64,000 bases of DNA from Eledone cirrhosa (Eukaryota), in assembly GCA_964016885.1 (NCBI GenBank), contig OZ024756.1, positions 1,736,001 through 1,800,000 on the forward strand, given 5' to 3'. The notes below the pieces were generated by a model that saw only the letters and a list, made by a program, of their open reading frames with translations, searched no databases and was not told the DNA's origin. Made by a program: the position numbers and the translations under genes. How positions within the stretch are numbered: position 1 is the stretch's first letter; the number at the start of each line of letters is the position of its first letter. Of this stretch, positions 37,001-49,000 are shown piece by piece.

Positions 37001-40000
37001 TTCAGTACATCTATGAAGTGTGCAGTGTCAGTGATCTCGTCCTCTGTCTTGCTGTCTTCAGTACATCTATGAAGTGTGCAGTGTCAGTGATCTGGTCCTC
37101 TGTCTTGCTGTCTTCAGTACATCTATGAAGTGTGCAGTGTCAGGGATCTGGTCCGCTGTCTTGCTGTCTTCAGTTCATCTATGAAGTGTGCAGTGTCAGT
37201 GATCTCGTCCTCTGTCTTGCTGTCTTCAGTACATCTATCAATTGTGCAGTGTCAGTGATCTGGTCCTCTGTCTTGCTGTCTGCAGTTCATCTATGAAGTG
37301 TGCAGTGTCAGTGATCTGGTCCTCTGACTTGCTGTCTTCAGTACATCTATGAAGTGTGCAGTGTCAGTGATCTAGTCCTCTGTCTTGCTGTCTGCAGTTC
37401 ATCTATGAAGTGTACAGTGTCAGTGATCTGGTCCTCTGACGTGCTGTCTTCAGTACATCTATGAAGTGTGCAGTGTCAGTGATCTGGTCCTCTGTCTTGC
37501 TGTCTTCAGTACATCTATGAAGTGTGCAGTGTCAGTGATCTGTTCCTCTGTCTTGCTGTCTTCAGTACATCTATGAAGTGTGCAGTGTCAGTGATCTGGT
37601 CCTCTGTGTTGCTGTCTTCAGTACATTTATGAAGTGTGCAGTGTCAGTGATCTGGTCATCTGTCTTGCTGTCTTCAGTTCATCTATGATGTGTGCAGTTT
37701 CAGTGATCAGGTCCTCTGTCTTGCTGTCTTCAGTTCATCTATGAAGTGTGCAGTGTCAGTGATCTGGTCCTCTGTCTTGCTGTCTTCAGTTCATCTATGA
37801 AGTGTGCAGTGTCAGTGATCTGGTCCTCTGTCTTGCTGTCTTCAGTTCATCCATGAAGTGTGCAGTGTCAGTGACCTGGTCCTCTGTCTTGCTGTCTTCA
37901 GTTCATCTGTGAAGTGTGCAGTGTCAGTGATCTGGTCCTCTGGCTTGCTGTCTTCATTACATCTATGAAGTGTGCAGTGTCAGTGATCTGGTCCTCTGTC
38001 TGGCTGTCTTCAGTACATCTATGAAGTGTGCAGTGTCAGGGATCTGGTCCTCTGTCTTGCTGTCTTCAGTTCATCTATGAAGTGTGCAGTGTCAGTGATC
38101 TCGTCCTCTGTCTTGCTGTCTTCAGTACATCTATGAAGTGTGCAGTGTCAGTGATCTTGTCCTCTGTCTTGCTGTCTTCAGTACATCTATGAAGTGTGCA
38201 GTGTCAGTGATCTGGTCCTCTGTCTTGCTGTCTTCAGTACATCTATGAAGTGTGCAGTGTCAGGGATCTGGTCCGCTGTCTTGCTGTCTTCAGTTCATCT
38301 ATGAAGTGTGCAGTGACAGTGATCTCGTCCTCTGTCTTGCTGTCTTCAGTACATATATGAATTGTGCAGTGTCAGTGATCTGGTCCTCTGTCTTGCTGTC
38401 TGCAGTTCATCTATGAAGTGTTAAGTGTCAGTGATCTGGTCCTCTGACTTGCTGTCTTCAGTACATCTATGAAGTGTGCAGTGTCAGTGATCTAGTCCTC
38501 TGTCTTGCTGTCTGCAGTTCATCTATGAAGTGTACAGTGTCAGTGATCTGGTCCTCTGACTTGCTGTCTTCAGTACATCTATGAAGTGTGCAGTGTCAGT
38601 GATCTGGTCCTCTGTCTTGCTGTCTTCAGTACATCTATGAAGTGTGCAGTGTCAGTGATCTGGTCCTCTGTCTTGCTGTCTTCAGTTCATCTATGAAGTG
38701 TGCAGTGTCAGGGATCTGGTCCTCTGTCTTGCTGTCTTCAGTTCATCTATGAAGTGTGCAGTGTCAGTGATCTGTTCCGCTGTCTTGCTGTCTTCAGTTC
38801 AACTATGAAGTGTGCAGTGTCAATGATCTGGTCCTCTGTCTTGCTGTCTTCAGTACATCTATTAAGTGTGCAGTGTCAGTGATCTGGTCCTCTGTCTTGC
38901 TGTCTTCAGTACACCTATGAAGTGTGCAGTGTCAGTGATCTGGTCCTCTGTCTTGCTGTGTTCAGTTCATCTATGAAGTGTGCAGTGTCAGTGATCTGGT
39001 CCTCTATCTTGCTGTCTTCAGTACATCTATGAAGTGTGCAGTGTCAGTGATATGGTCCTCTGTGCTACTGTCTTCAGTACATTTATGAAGTGTGCAGTGT
39101 CAGTGATCTGGTCCTCTGTGTTGCTGTCTTCAGTACATTTATGAAGTGTGCAGTGTCAGTGATCAAGTCCTCCGTCTTGCTGTCTTCAGTACATCTATGA
39201 AGTGTGCAGTGTCAGTGATCTGGTCCTCTGTCTTGCTGTCTTCAGTTCATCTATGAAGTGTGCAGTGTCAGTGATCAGGTCCTCTGTCTTGCTGTCTTCA
39301 GTTCATCTATGAAGTGTGCAGTGTCAGTGATCTGGTCCTCTGTCTTGCTGTCTTCAGTTCATCTATGAAGTGTGCAGTGTCAGTGATCTGGTCCTCTGTC
39401 TTGCTGTCTTCAGTTCATCCATGAAGTGTGCAGTGTCAGTGACCTGGTCCTCTGTCTTGCTGTCTTCAGTTCATCTGTGAAGTGTGCAGTGTCAGTGATC
39501 TGGTCCTCTGTCTTGCTGTCTTCAGTTCATCTATGAAGTGTGCAGTGTCAGTGATCTGGTCCTCCGTCTTGCTGTTTTCAGTACATCTATGAAGTTTGTA
39601 GTGTCAGGGATCTGGTCCTCTGTCTTGCTGTCTTCAGTTCATCTATGAAGTGTGCAGTGTCAGTGATCTCGTCCTCTGTCTTGCTGTCTTCAGTACATCT
39701 ATGAAGTGTGCAGTGTCAGTGATCTCGTCCTCTGTCTTGCTGTCTTCAGTACATCTATGAAGTGTGCAGTGTCAGTGATCTGGTCCTCTGTCTTGCTGTC
39801 TTCAGTACATCTATGAAGTGTGCAGTGTCAGGGATCTGGTCCGCTGTCTTGCTGTCTTCAGTTCATCTATGAAGTGTGCAGTGTCAGAGATCTCGTCCTC
39901 TGTCTTGCTGTCTTCAGTACATCTATCAATTGTGCAGTGTCAGTGATCTGGTCCTCTGTCTTGCTGTCTGCAGTTCATCTATGAAGTGTGCAGTGTCAGT

Positions 40001-43000
40001 GATCTGGTCCTCTGACTTGCTGTCTTCAGTACATCTATGAAGTGTGCAGTGTCAGTGATCTAGTCCTCTGTCTTGCTGTCTGCAGTTCATCTATGAAGTG
40101 TACAGTGTCAGTGATCTGGTCCTCTGACTTGCTGTCTTCAGTACATCTATGAAGTGTGCAGTGTCAGTGATCTGGTCCTCTGTCTTGCTGTCTTCAGTAC
40201 ATCTATGAAGTGTGCAGTGTCAGTGATCTGTTGCTCTGTCTTGCTGTCTTCAGTACATCTATGAAGTGTGCAGTGTCAGTGATCTGGTCCTCTGTGTTGC
40301 TGTCTTCAGTACATTTATGAAGTGTGCAGTGTCAGTGATCTGGTCATCTGTCTTGCTGTCTTCAGTTCATCTATGATGTGTGCAGTTTCAGTGATCAGGT
40401 CCTCTGTCTTGCTGTCTTCAGTTCATCTATGAAGTGTGCAGTGTCAGTGATCTGGTCCTCTGTCTTGCTGTCTTCAGTACATCTATGAAGTGTGCAGTGT
40501 CAGTGATCTGGTCCTCTGTCTTGCTGTCTTCAGTTCATCTATGAAGTGTGCAGTGTCAGTGATCTGGTCCTCTGTCTTGCTGTCTTCAGTTCATCTATGA
40601 AGTGTGCAGTGTCAGTGATCTGGTCCTCTGTCTTGCTGTCTTCAGTTCATCCATGAAGTGTGCAGTGTCAGTGACCTGGTCCTCTGTCTTGCTGTCTTCA
40701 GTTCATCTGTGAAGTGTGCAGTGTCAGTGATCTGGTCCTCTGTCTTGCTGTCTTCAGTACATCTATGAAGTTTGCAGTGTCAGTGATCTGGTCCTCTGTC
40801 TTGCTGTCTTCAGTTCATCCATGAAGTGTGCAGTGTCAGTGACCTGGTCCTCTGTCTTGCTGTCTTCAGTTCATCTGTGAAGTGTGCAGTGTCAGTGATC
40901 TGGTCCTCTGTCTTGCTGTCTTCATTACATCTATGAAGTGTGCAGTGTCAGTGATCTGGTCCTCTGTCTGGCTGTCTTCAGTACATCTATGAAGTGTGCA
41001 GTGTCAGGGATCTGGTCCTCTGTCTTGCTGTCTTCAGTTCATCTATGAAGTGTGCAGTGTCAGTGATCTCGTCCTCTGTCATGCTGTCTTCAGTACATCT
41101 ATGAAGTGTGCAGTGTCAGTGATCTTGTCCTCTGTCTTGCTGTCTTCAATACATCTATGAAGTGTGCAGTGTCAGTGATCTGGTCCTCTGTCTTGCTGTC
41201 TTCAGTACATCTATGAAGTGTGCAGTGTCAGGGATCTGGTCCGCTGTCTTGCTGTCTTCAGTTCATCTATGAAGTGTGCAGTGTCAGTGATCTCGTCCTC
41301 TGTCTTGCTGTCTTCAGTACATCTATGAATTGTGCAGTGTCAGTGATCTGGTCCTCTGTCTTGCTGTCTGCAGTTCATCTATGAAGTGTTAAGTGTCAGT
41401 GATCTGGTCCTCTGACTTGCTGTCTTCAGTACATCTATGAAGTGTGCAGTGTCAGTGATCTAGTCCTCTGTCTTGCTGTCTGCAGTTCATCTATGAAGTG
41501 TACAGTGTCAGTGATCTGGTCCTCTGACTTGCTGTCTTCAGTACATCTATGAAGTGTGCAGTGTCAGTGATCTGGTCCTCTGTTTTGCTGTCTTCAGTAC
41601 ATCTATGAAGTGTGCAGTGTCAGTGATCTGGTCCTCTGTCTTGCTGTCTTCAGTTCATCTATGAAGTGTGCAGTGTCAGGGATCTGGTCCTCTGTCTTGC
41701 TGTCTTCAGTTCATCTATGAAGTGTGCAGTGTCAGTGATCTGTTCCTCTGTCTTGCTGTCTTCAGTTCAACTATGAAGTGTGCAGTGTCAATGATCTGGT
41801 CCTCTGTCTTGCTGTCTTCAGTACATCTATTAAGTGTGCAGTGTCAGTGATCTGGTCCTCTGTCTTTCTGTCTTCAGTACATCTATGAAGTGTGCAGTGT
41901 CAGTGATCTGGTCCTCTGTCTTGCTGTCTTCAGTTCATCTATGAAGTGTGCAGTGTCAGTGATCTGGTCCTCTATCTTGCTGTCTTCAGTACATCTATGA
42001 AGTGTGCAGTGTCAGTGATATGGTCCTCTGTGTTACTGTCTTCAGTACATTTATGAAGTGTGCAGTGTCAGTGATCTGGTCCTCTGTGTTGCTGTCTTCA
42101 GTACATTTATGAAGTGTGCAGTGTCAGTGATCAAGTCCTCCGTCTTGCTGTCTTCAGTACATCTATGAAGTGTTCAGTGTCAGTGATCTGGTCCTCTGTC
42201 TTGCTGTCTTCAGTTCATCTATGAAGTGTGCAGTGTCAGTGATCAGGTCCTCTGTCTTGCTGTCTTCAGTTCATCTATGAAGTGTGCAGTGTCAGTGATC
42301 TGGTCCTCTGTCTTGCTGTCTTCAGTTCATCTATGAAGTGTGCAGTGTCAGTGATCTGGTCCTCTTTCTTGCTGTCTTCAGTTCATCCATGAAGTGTGCA
42401 GTGTCAGTGACCTGGTCCTCTGTCTTGCTGTCTTCAGTTCATCTGTGAAGTGTGCAGTGTCAGTGATCTGGTCCTCTGTCTTGCTGTCTTCAGTACATCT
42501 ATGAAGTGTGCAGTGTCAGTGATCTGGTCCTCTGTCTGGCTGTCTTCAGTTCATCTATGAAGTGTGCAGTGTCAGTGATCTGGTCCTCCGTCTTGCTGTT
42601 TTCAGTACATCTATGAAGTTTGCAGTGTCAGGGATCTGGTCCTCTGTCTTGCTGTCTTCAGTTCATCTATGAAGTGTGCAGTGTCAGTGATCTGGTCCTC
42701 TGTCTTGCTGTCTTCAGTACATCTATGAAGTGTGCAGTGTCAGTGATCTCGTCCTCTGTCTTGCTGTCTTCAGTACATCTATGAAGTGTGCAGTGTCAGT
42801 GTTCTGGTCCTCTGTCTTGCTGTCTTCAGTACATCTATGAAGTGTGCAGTGTCAGGGATCTGGTCCGCTGTCTTGCTGTCTTCAGTTCATCTATGAAGTG
42901 TGCAGTGTCAGAGATCTCGTCCTCTGTCTTGCTGTCTTCAGTACATCTATCAATTGTGCAGTGTCAGTGATCTGGTCCTCTGTCTTGCTGTCTGCAGTTC

Positions 43001-46000
43001 ATCTATGAAGTGTGCAGTGTCAGTGATCTGGTCCTCTGACTTGCTGTCTTCAGTACATCTATGAAGTGTGCAGTGTCAGTGATCTAGTCCTCTGTCTTGC
43101 TGTCTGCAGTTCATCTATGAAGTGTACAGTGTCAGTGATCTGGTCCTCTGACTTGCTGTCTTCAGTACATCTATGAAGTGTGCAGTGTCAGTGATCTGGT
43201 CCTCTGTCTTGCTGTCTTCAGTACATCTATGAAGTGTGCAGTGTTAGTGATCTGTTGCTCTGTCTTGCTGTCTTCAGTACATCTATGAAGTGTGCAGTGT
43301 CAGTGATCTGGTCCTCTGTGTTGCTGTCTTCAGTACATTTATGAAGTGTGCAGTGTCAGTGATCTGGTCATCTGTCTTGCTGTCTTCAGTTCATCTATGA
43401 TGTGTGCAGTTTCAGTGATCAGGTCCTCTGTCTTGCTGTCTTCAGTTCATCTATGAAGTGTGCAGTGTCAGTGATCTGGTCCTCTGCCTTGCTGTCTTCA
43501 GTTCATCTATGAAGTGTGCAGTGTCAGTGATCTGGTCCTCTGTCTTGCTGTCTTCAGTTCATCCATGAAGTGTGCAGTGTCAGTGACCTGGTCCTCTGTC
43601 TTGCTGTCTTCAGTTCATCTGTGAAGTGTGCAGTGTCAGTGATCTGGTCCTCTGTCTTGCTGTCTTCAGTACATCTATGAAGTTTGCAGTGTCAGGGATC
43701 TGGTCCTCTGTCTTGCTGTCTTCAGTTCATCTATGAAGTGTGCAGTGTCAGTGATCTCGTCCTCTGTCTTGCTGTCTTCAGTACATCTATGAAGTGTGCA
43801 GTGTCAGTGATCTCGTCCTCTGTCTTGCTGTCTTCAGTACATCTATGAAGTGTGCAGTGTCAGTGATCTGGTCCTCTGTCTTGCTGTCTTCAGTACATCT
43901 ATGAAGTGTGCAGTGTCAGGGATCTGGTCCGCTGTCTTGCTGTCTTCAGTTCATCTATGAAGTGTGCAGTGTCAGTGATCTCGTCCTCTGTCTTGCTGTC
44001 TTCAGTACATCTATCAATTGTGCAGTGTCAGTGATCTGGTCCTCTGTCTTGCTGTCTGCAGTTCATCTATGAAGTGTGCAGTGTCAGTGATCTGGTCCTC
44101 TGACTTGCTGTCTTCAGTACATCTATGAAGTGTGCAGTGTCAGTGATCTAGTCCTCTGTCTTGCTGTCTGCAGTTCATCTATGAAGTGTACAGTGTCAGT
44201 GATCTGGTCCTCTGACTTGCTGTCTTCAGTACATCTATGAAGTGTGCAGTGTCAGTGATCTGGTCCTCTGTCTTGCTGTCTTCAGTACATCTATGAAGTG
44301 TGCAGTGTCAGTGATCTGTTCCTCTGTCTTGCTGTCTTCAGTACATCTATGAAGTGTGCAGTGTCAGTGATCTGGTCCTCTGTGTTGCTGTCTTCAGTAC
44401 ATTTATGAAGTGTGCAGTGTCAGTGATCTGGTCATCTGTCTTGCTGTCTTCAGTTCATCTATGATGTGTGCAGTTTCAGTGATCAGGTCCTCTGTCTTGC
44501 TGTCTTCAGTTCATCTATGAAGTGTGCAGTGTCAGTGATCTGGTCCTCTGTCTTGCTGTCTTCAGTTCATCTATGAAGTGTGCAGTGTCAGTGATCTGGT
44601 CCTCTGTCTTGCTGTCTTCAGTTCATCCATGAAGTGTGCAGTGTCAGTGACCTGGTCCTCTGTCTTGCTGTCTTCAGTTCATCTGTGAAGTTTGCAGTGT
44701 CAGTGATCTGGTCCTCTGTCTTGCTGTCTTCATTACATCTATGAAGTGTGCAGTGTCAGTGATCTGGTCCTCTGTCTGGCTGTCTTCAGTACATCTATGA
44801 AGTGTGCAGTGTCAGGGATCTGGTCCTCTGTCTTGCTGTCTTCAGTTCATCTATGAAGTGTGCAGTGTCAGTGATCTCGTCCTCTGTCTTGCTGTCTTCA
44901 GTACATCTATGAAGTGTGCAGTGTCAGTGATCTTGTCCTCTGTCTTGCTGTCTTCAGTACATCTATGAAGTGTGCAGTGTCAGTGATCTGGTCCTCTGTC
45001 TTGCTGTCTTCAGTACATCTATGAAGTGTGCAGTGTCAGGGATCTGGTCCGCTGTCTTGCTGTCTTCAGTTCATCTATGAAGTGTGCAGTGTCAGTGATC
45101 TCGTCCTCTGTCTTGCTGTCTTCAGTACATCTATGAATTGTGCAGTGTCAGTGATCTGGTCCTCTGTCTTGCTGTCTGCAGTTCATCTATGAAGTGTTAA
45201 GTGTCAGTGATCTGGTCCTCTGACTTGCTGTCTTCAGTACATCTATGAAGTGTGCAGTGTCAGTGATCTAGTCCTCTGTCTTGCTGTCTGCAGTTCATCT
45301 ATGAAGTGTACAGTGTCAGTGATCTGGTCCTCTGACTTGCTGTCTTCAGTACATCTATGAAGTGTGCAGTGTCAGTGATCTGGTCCTCTGTCTTGCTGTC
45401 TTCAGTACATCTATGAAGTGTGCAGTGTCAGTGATCTGGTCCTCTGTCTTGCTGTCTTCAGTTCATCTATGAAGTGTGCAGTGTCAGGGATCTGGTCCTC
45501 TGTCTTGCTGTCTTCAGTTCATCTATGAAGTGTGCAGTGTCAGTGATCTGTTCCTCTGTCTTGCTGTCTTCAGTACATCTATGAAGTGTGCAGTGTCAGT
45601 GATCTGGTCCTCTGTCTTGCTGTCTTCAGTTCACCTATGAAGTGTGCAGTGTCAGTGATCTGGTCCTCTGTCTTGCTGTCTTCAGTTCATCCATGAAGTG
45701 TGCAGTGTCAGTGATCTGGTGCTCTGTCTTGCTGTCTTCAGTTCATCTGTGAAGTGTGCAGTGTCAGTGATCTGGTCCTCTGTCTTGCTGTCTTCAGTAC
45801 ATCTATGAAGTGTGCAGTGTCAGTGATCTGGTCCTCTGTCTTGCTGTGTTCAGTTCATCTATGAAGTGTGCAGTGCCAGTGATCTGGTCCCCTGTCTTGC
45901 TGTCTTCAGTTCATCTATGAAGTGTGCAGTGTCAGTAATCAGGTCCTCTGTCTTGCTGTCTTCAGTTCATCTATGAAGTGTGCAGTGTCAGTGATCAGGT

Positions 46001-49000
46001 CCTCTGTCTTGCTGTCTTCAGTACATCTATGAAGTGTGCAGTGTCAGGGATCTGGTCCTCTGTCTTGCTGTCTTCAGTACATCTATGAAGTGTGCAGTGT
46101 CAGTGATCTCGTCCTCTGTCTTGCTGTCTTCAGTACATGTATGAAGTGTGCAGTGTCAGTGATCTGGTCCTCTGTCTTGCTGTCTTCATTTCATCTATGA
46201 AGTGTGCAGTGTCAGTGATCAGGTCCTCTGTGTTGCTGTCTTCAGTATATCTATGAAGGGTGCAGTGTCAGTGATCTGGTCCTCCGTCTTGCTGTCTTCA
46301 GTTCATCTATGAAGTGTGCAGTGTTAGTGATCTGGTCCTCTGTCTTGCTGTCTTCAGTACATCTATAAAGTGTGCAGTGTCAGTGATCTGGTCCTTTGTC
46401 TTGCTGTCTTCAGTTCATCTATGAAGTGTGCAGTGTCAGTGATCTGGTCCTCTGTCTTGCTGTCTTCAGTTCATCCATGAAGTGTGCAGTGTCAGTGATC
46501 TGGTCCTTTGTCTTGCTGTCTTCAGTTCATCTATGAAGTGTGCAGTGTCAGTGATCTGGTCCTCCGTCTTGCTGTCTTCAGTACATCTATGAAGTGTGCA
46601 GTGTCAGTGATCTGGTCCTCTGTCTTGCTGTCTTCAGTACATCTATGAAGTGTGCAGTGTCAGTGATCTGGTCCTCTGTCTTGCTGTCTTCAGTTCATCT
46701 GTGAAGTGTGCAGTGTCAGTGATCTGGTCCTCTGTCTTGCTGTCTTCATTACATCTATGAAGTGTGCAGTGTCAGTGATCTGGTCCTCTGTCTGGCTGTC
46801 TTCAGTACATCTATGATGTGTGCAGTGTCAGGGATCTGGTCCTCTGTCTTGCTGTCTTCAGTTCATCTATGATGTGTGCAGTTTCAGTGATCAGGTCCTC
46901 TGTCTTGCTGTCTTCAGTTCATCTATGAAGTGTGCAGTGTCAGTGATCTGGTCCTCTGTCTTGCTGTCTTCATTACATCTATGAAGTGTGCAGTGTCAAT
47001 GATCTGGTCCTCTGTCTGGCTGTCTTCAGTACATCTATGAAGTGTGCAGTGTCAGGGATCTGGTCCTCTGTCTTGCTGTCTTCAGTTCATCTATGATGTG
47101 TGCAGTTTCAGTGATCAGGTCCTCTGTCTTGCTGTCTTCAGTTCATCTATGAAGTGTGCAGTGTCAGTGATCTGGTCCTCTGTCTTGCTGTCTTCAGTTC
47201 ATCTATGAAGTGTGCAGTGTCAGTGATCTGGTCCTCTGTCTTGCTGTCTTCAGTTCATCCATGAAGTGTGCAGTGTCAGTGACCTGGTCCTCTGTCTTGC
47301 TGTCTTCAGTTCATCTTTGAAGTGTGCAGTGTCAGTGATCTGGTCCTCTGTCTTGCTGTCTTCATTACATCTATGAAGTGTGCAGTGTCAGTGATCTGGT
47401 CCTCTGTCTGGCTGTCTTCAGTACATCTATGAAGTGTGCAGTGTCAGGGATCTGGTCCTCTGTCTTGCTGTCTTCAGTTCATCTATGAAGTGTGCAGTGT
47501 CAGTGATCTCGTCCTCTGTCTTGCTGTCTTCAGTACATCTATGAAGTGTGCAGTGTCAGTGATCTTGTCCTCTGTCTTGCTGTCTTCAGTACATCTATGA
47601 AGTGTGCAGTGTCAGTGATCTGGTCCTCTGTCTTGCTGTCTTCAGTACATCTATGAAGTGTGCAGTGTCAGGGATCTGGTCCGCTGTCTTGCTGTCTTCA
47701 GTTCATCTATGAAGTGTGCAGTGTCAGTGATCTCGTCCTCTGTCTTGCTGTCTTCAGTACATCTATGAATTGTGCAGTGTCAGTGATCTGGTCCTCTGTC
47801 TTGCTGTCTGCAGTTCATCTATGAAGTGTGCAGTGTCAGTGATCTGGTCCTCTGACTTGCTGTCTTCAGTACATCTATGAAGTGTGCAGTGTCAGTGATC
47901 TAGTCCTCTGTCTTGCTGTCTGCAGTTCATCTATGAAGTGTACAGTGTCAGTGATCTGGTCCTCTGACTTGCTGTCTTCAGTACATCTATGAAGTGTGCA
48001 GTGTCAGTGATCTGGTCCTCTGTCTTGCTGTCTTCAGTACATCTATGAAGTGTGCAGTGTCAGTGATCTGGTCCTCTGTCTTGCTGTCTTCAGTTCATCT
48101 ATGAAGTGTGCAGTGTCAGTGATCTGGTCCTCTGTCTTGCTGTCTTCAGTTCATCTATGAAGTGTGCAGTGTCAGAGATCTCGTCCTCTGTCTTGCTGTC
48201 TTCAGTACATCTATCAATTGTGCAGTGTCAGTGATCTGGTCCTCTGTCTTGCTGTCTGCAGTTCATCTATGAAGTGTGCAGTGTCAGTGATCTGGTCCTC
48301 TGACTTGCTGTCTTCAGTACATCTATGAAGTGTGCAGTGTCAGTGATCTGGTCCTCTGTCTTGCTGTCTTCAGTTCATCTGTGAAGTGTGCAGTGTCAGT
48401 GATCTGGTCCTCTGTCTTGCTGTCTTCATTACATCTATGAAGTGTGCAGTGTCAGTGATCTGGTCCTCTGTCTGGCTGTCTTCAGTACATCTATGAAGTG
48501 TGCAGTGTCAGGGATCTGGTCCTCTGTCTTGCTGTCTTCAGTTCATCTATGATGTGTGCAGTTTCAGTGATCAGGTCCTCTGTCTTGCTGTCTTCAGTTC
48601 ATCTATGAAGTGTGCAGTGTCAGTGATCTGGTCCTCTGTCTTGCTGTCTTCATTACATCTATGAAGTGTGCAGTGTCAGTGATCTGGTCCTCTGTCTGGC
48701 TGTCTTCAGTACATCTATGAAGTGTGCAGTGTCAGGGATCTGGTCCTCTGTCTTGCTGTCTTCAGTTCATCTATGATGTGTGCAGTTTCAGTGATCAGGT
48801 CCTCTGTCTTGCTGTCTTCAGTTCATCTATGAAGTGTGCAGTGTCAGTGATCTGGTCCTCTGTCTTGCTGTCTTCAGTTCATCTATGAAGTGTGCAGTGT
48901 CAGTGATCTGGTCCTCTGTCTTGCTGTCTTCAGTTCATCCATGAAGTGTGCAGTGTCAGTGACCTGGTCCTCTGTCTTGCTGTCTTCAGTTCATCTGTGA

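Noticed and set aside
36236-42970. Four near-identical 60-aa ORFs (36236, 38700, 41668, 42788)
   Set aside because: They arise where variants such as ggga, ctatta, gtgttc or ctatca remove stops. The spacing of the first three (2464, 2968 bp) simply mirrors the HOR2 super-unit duplications.
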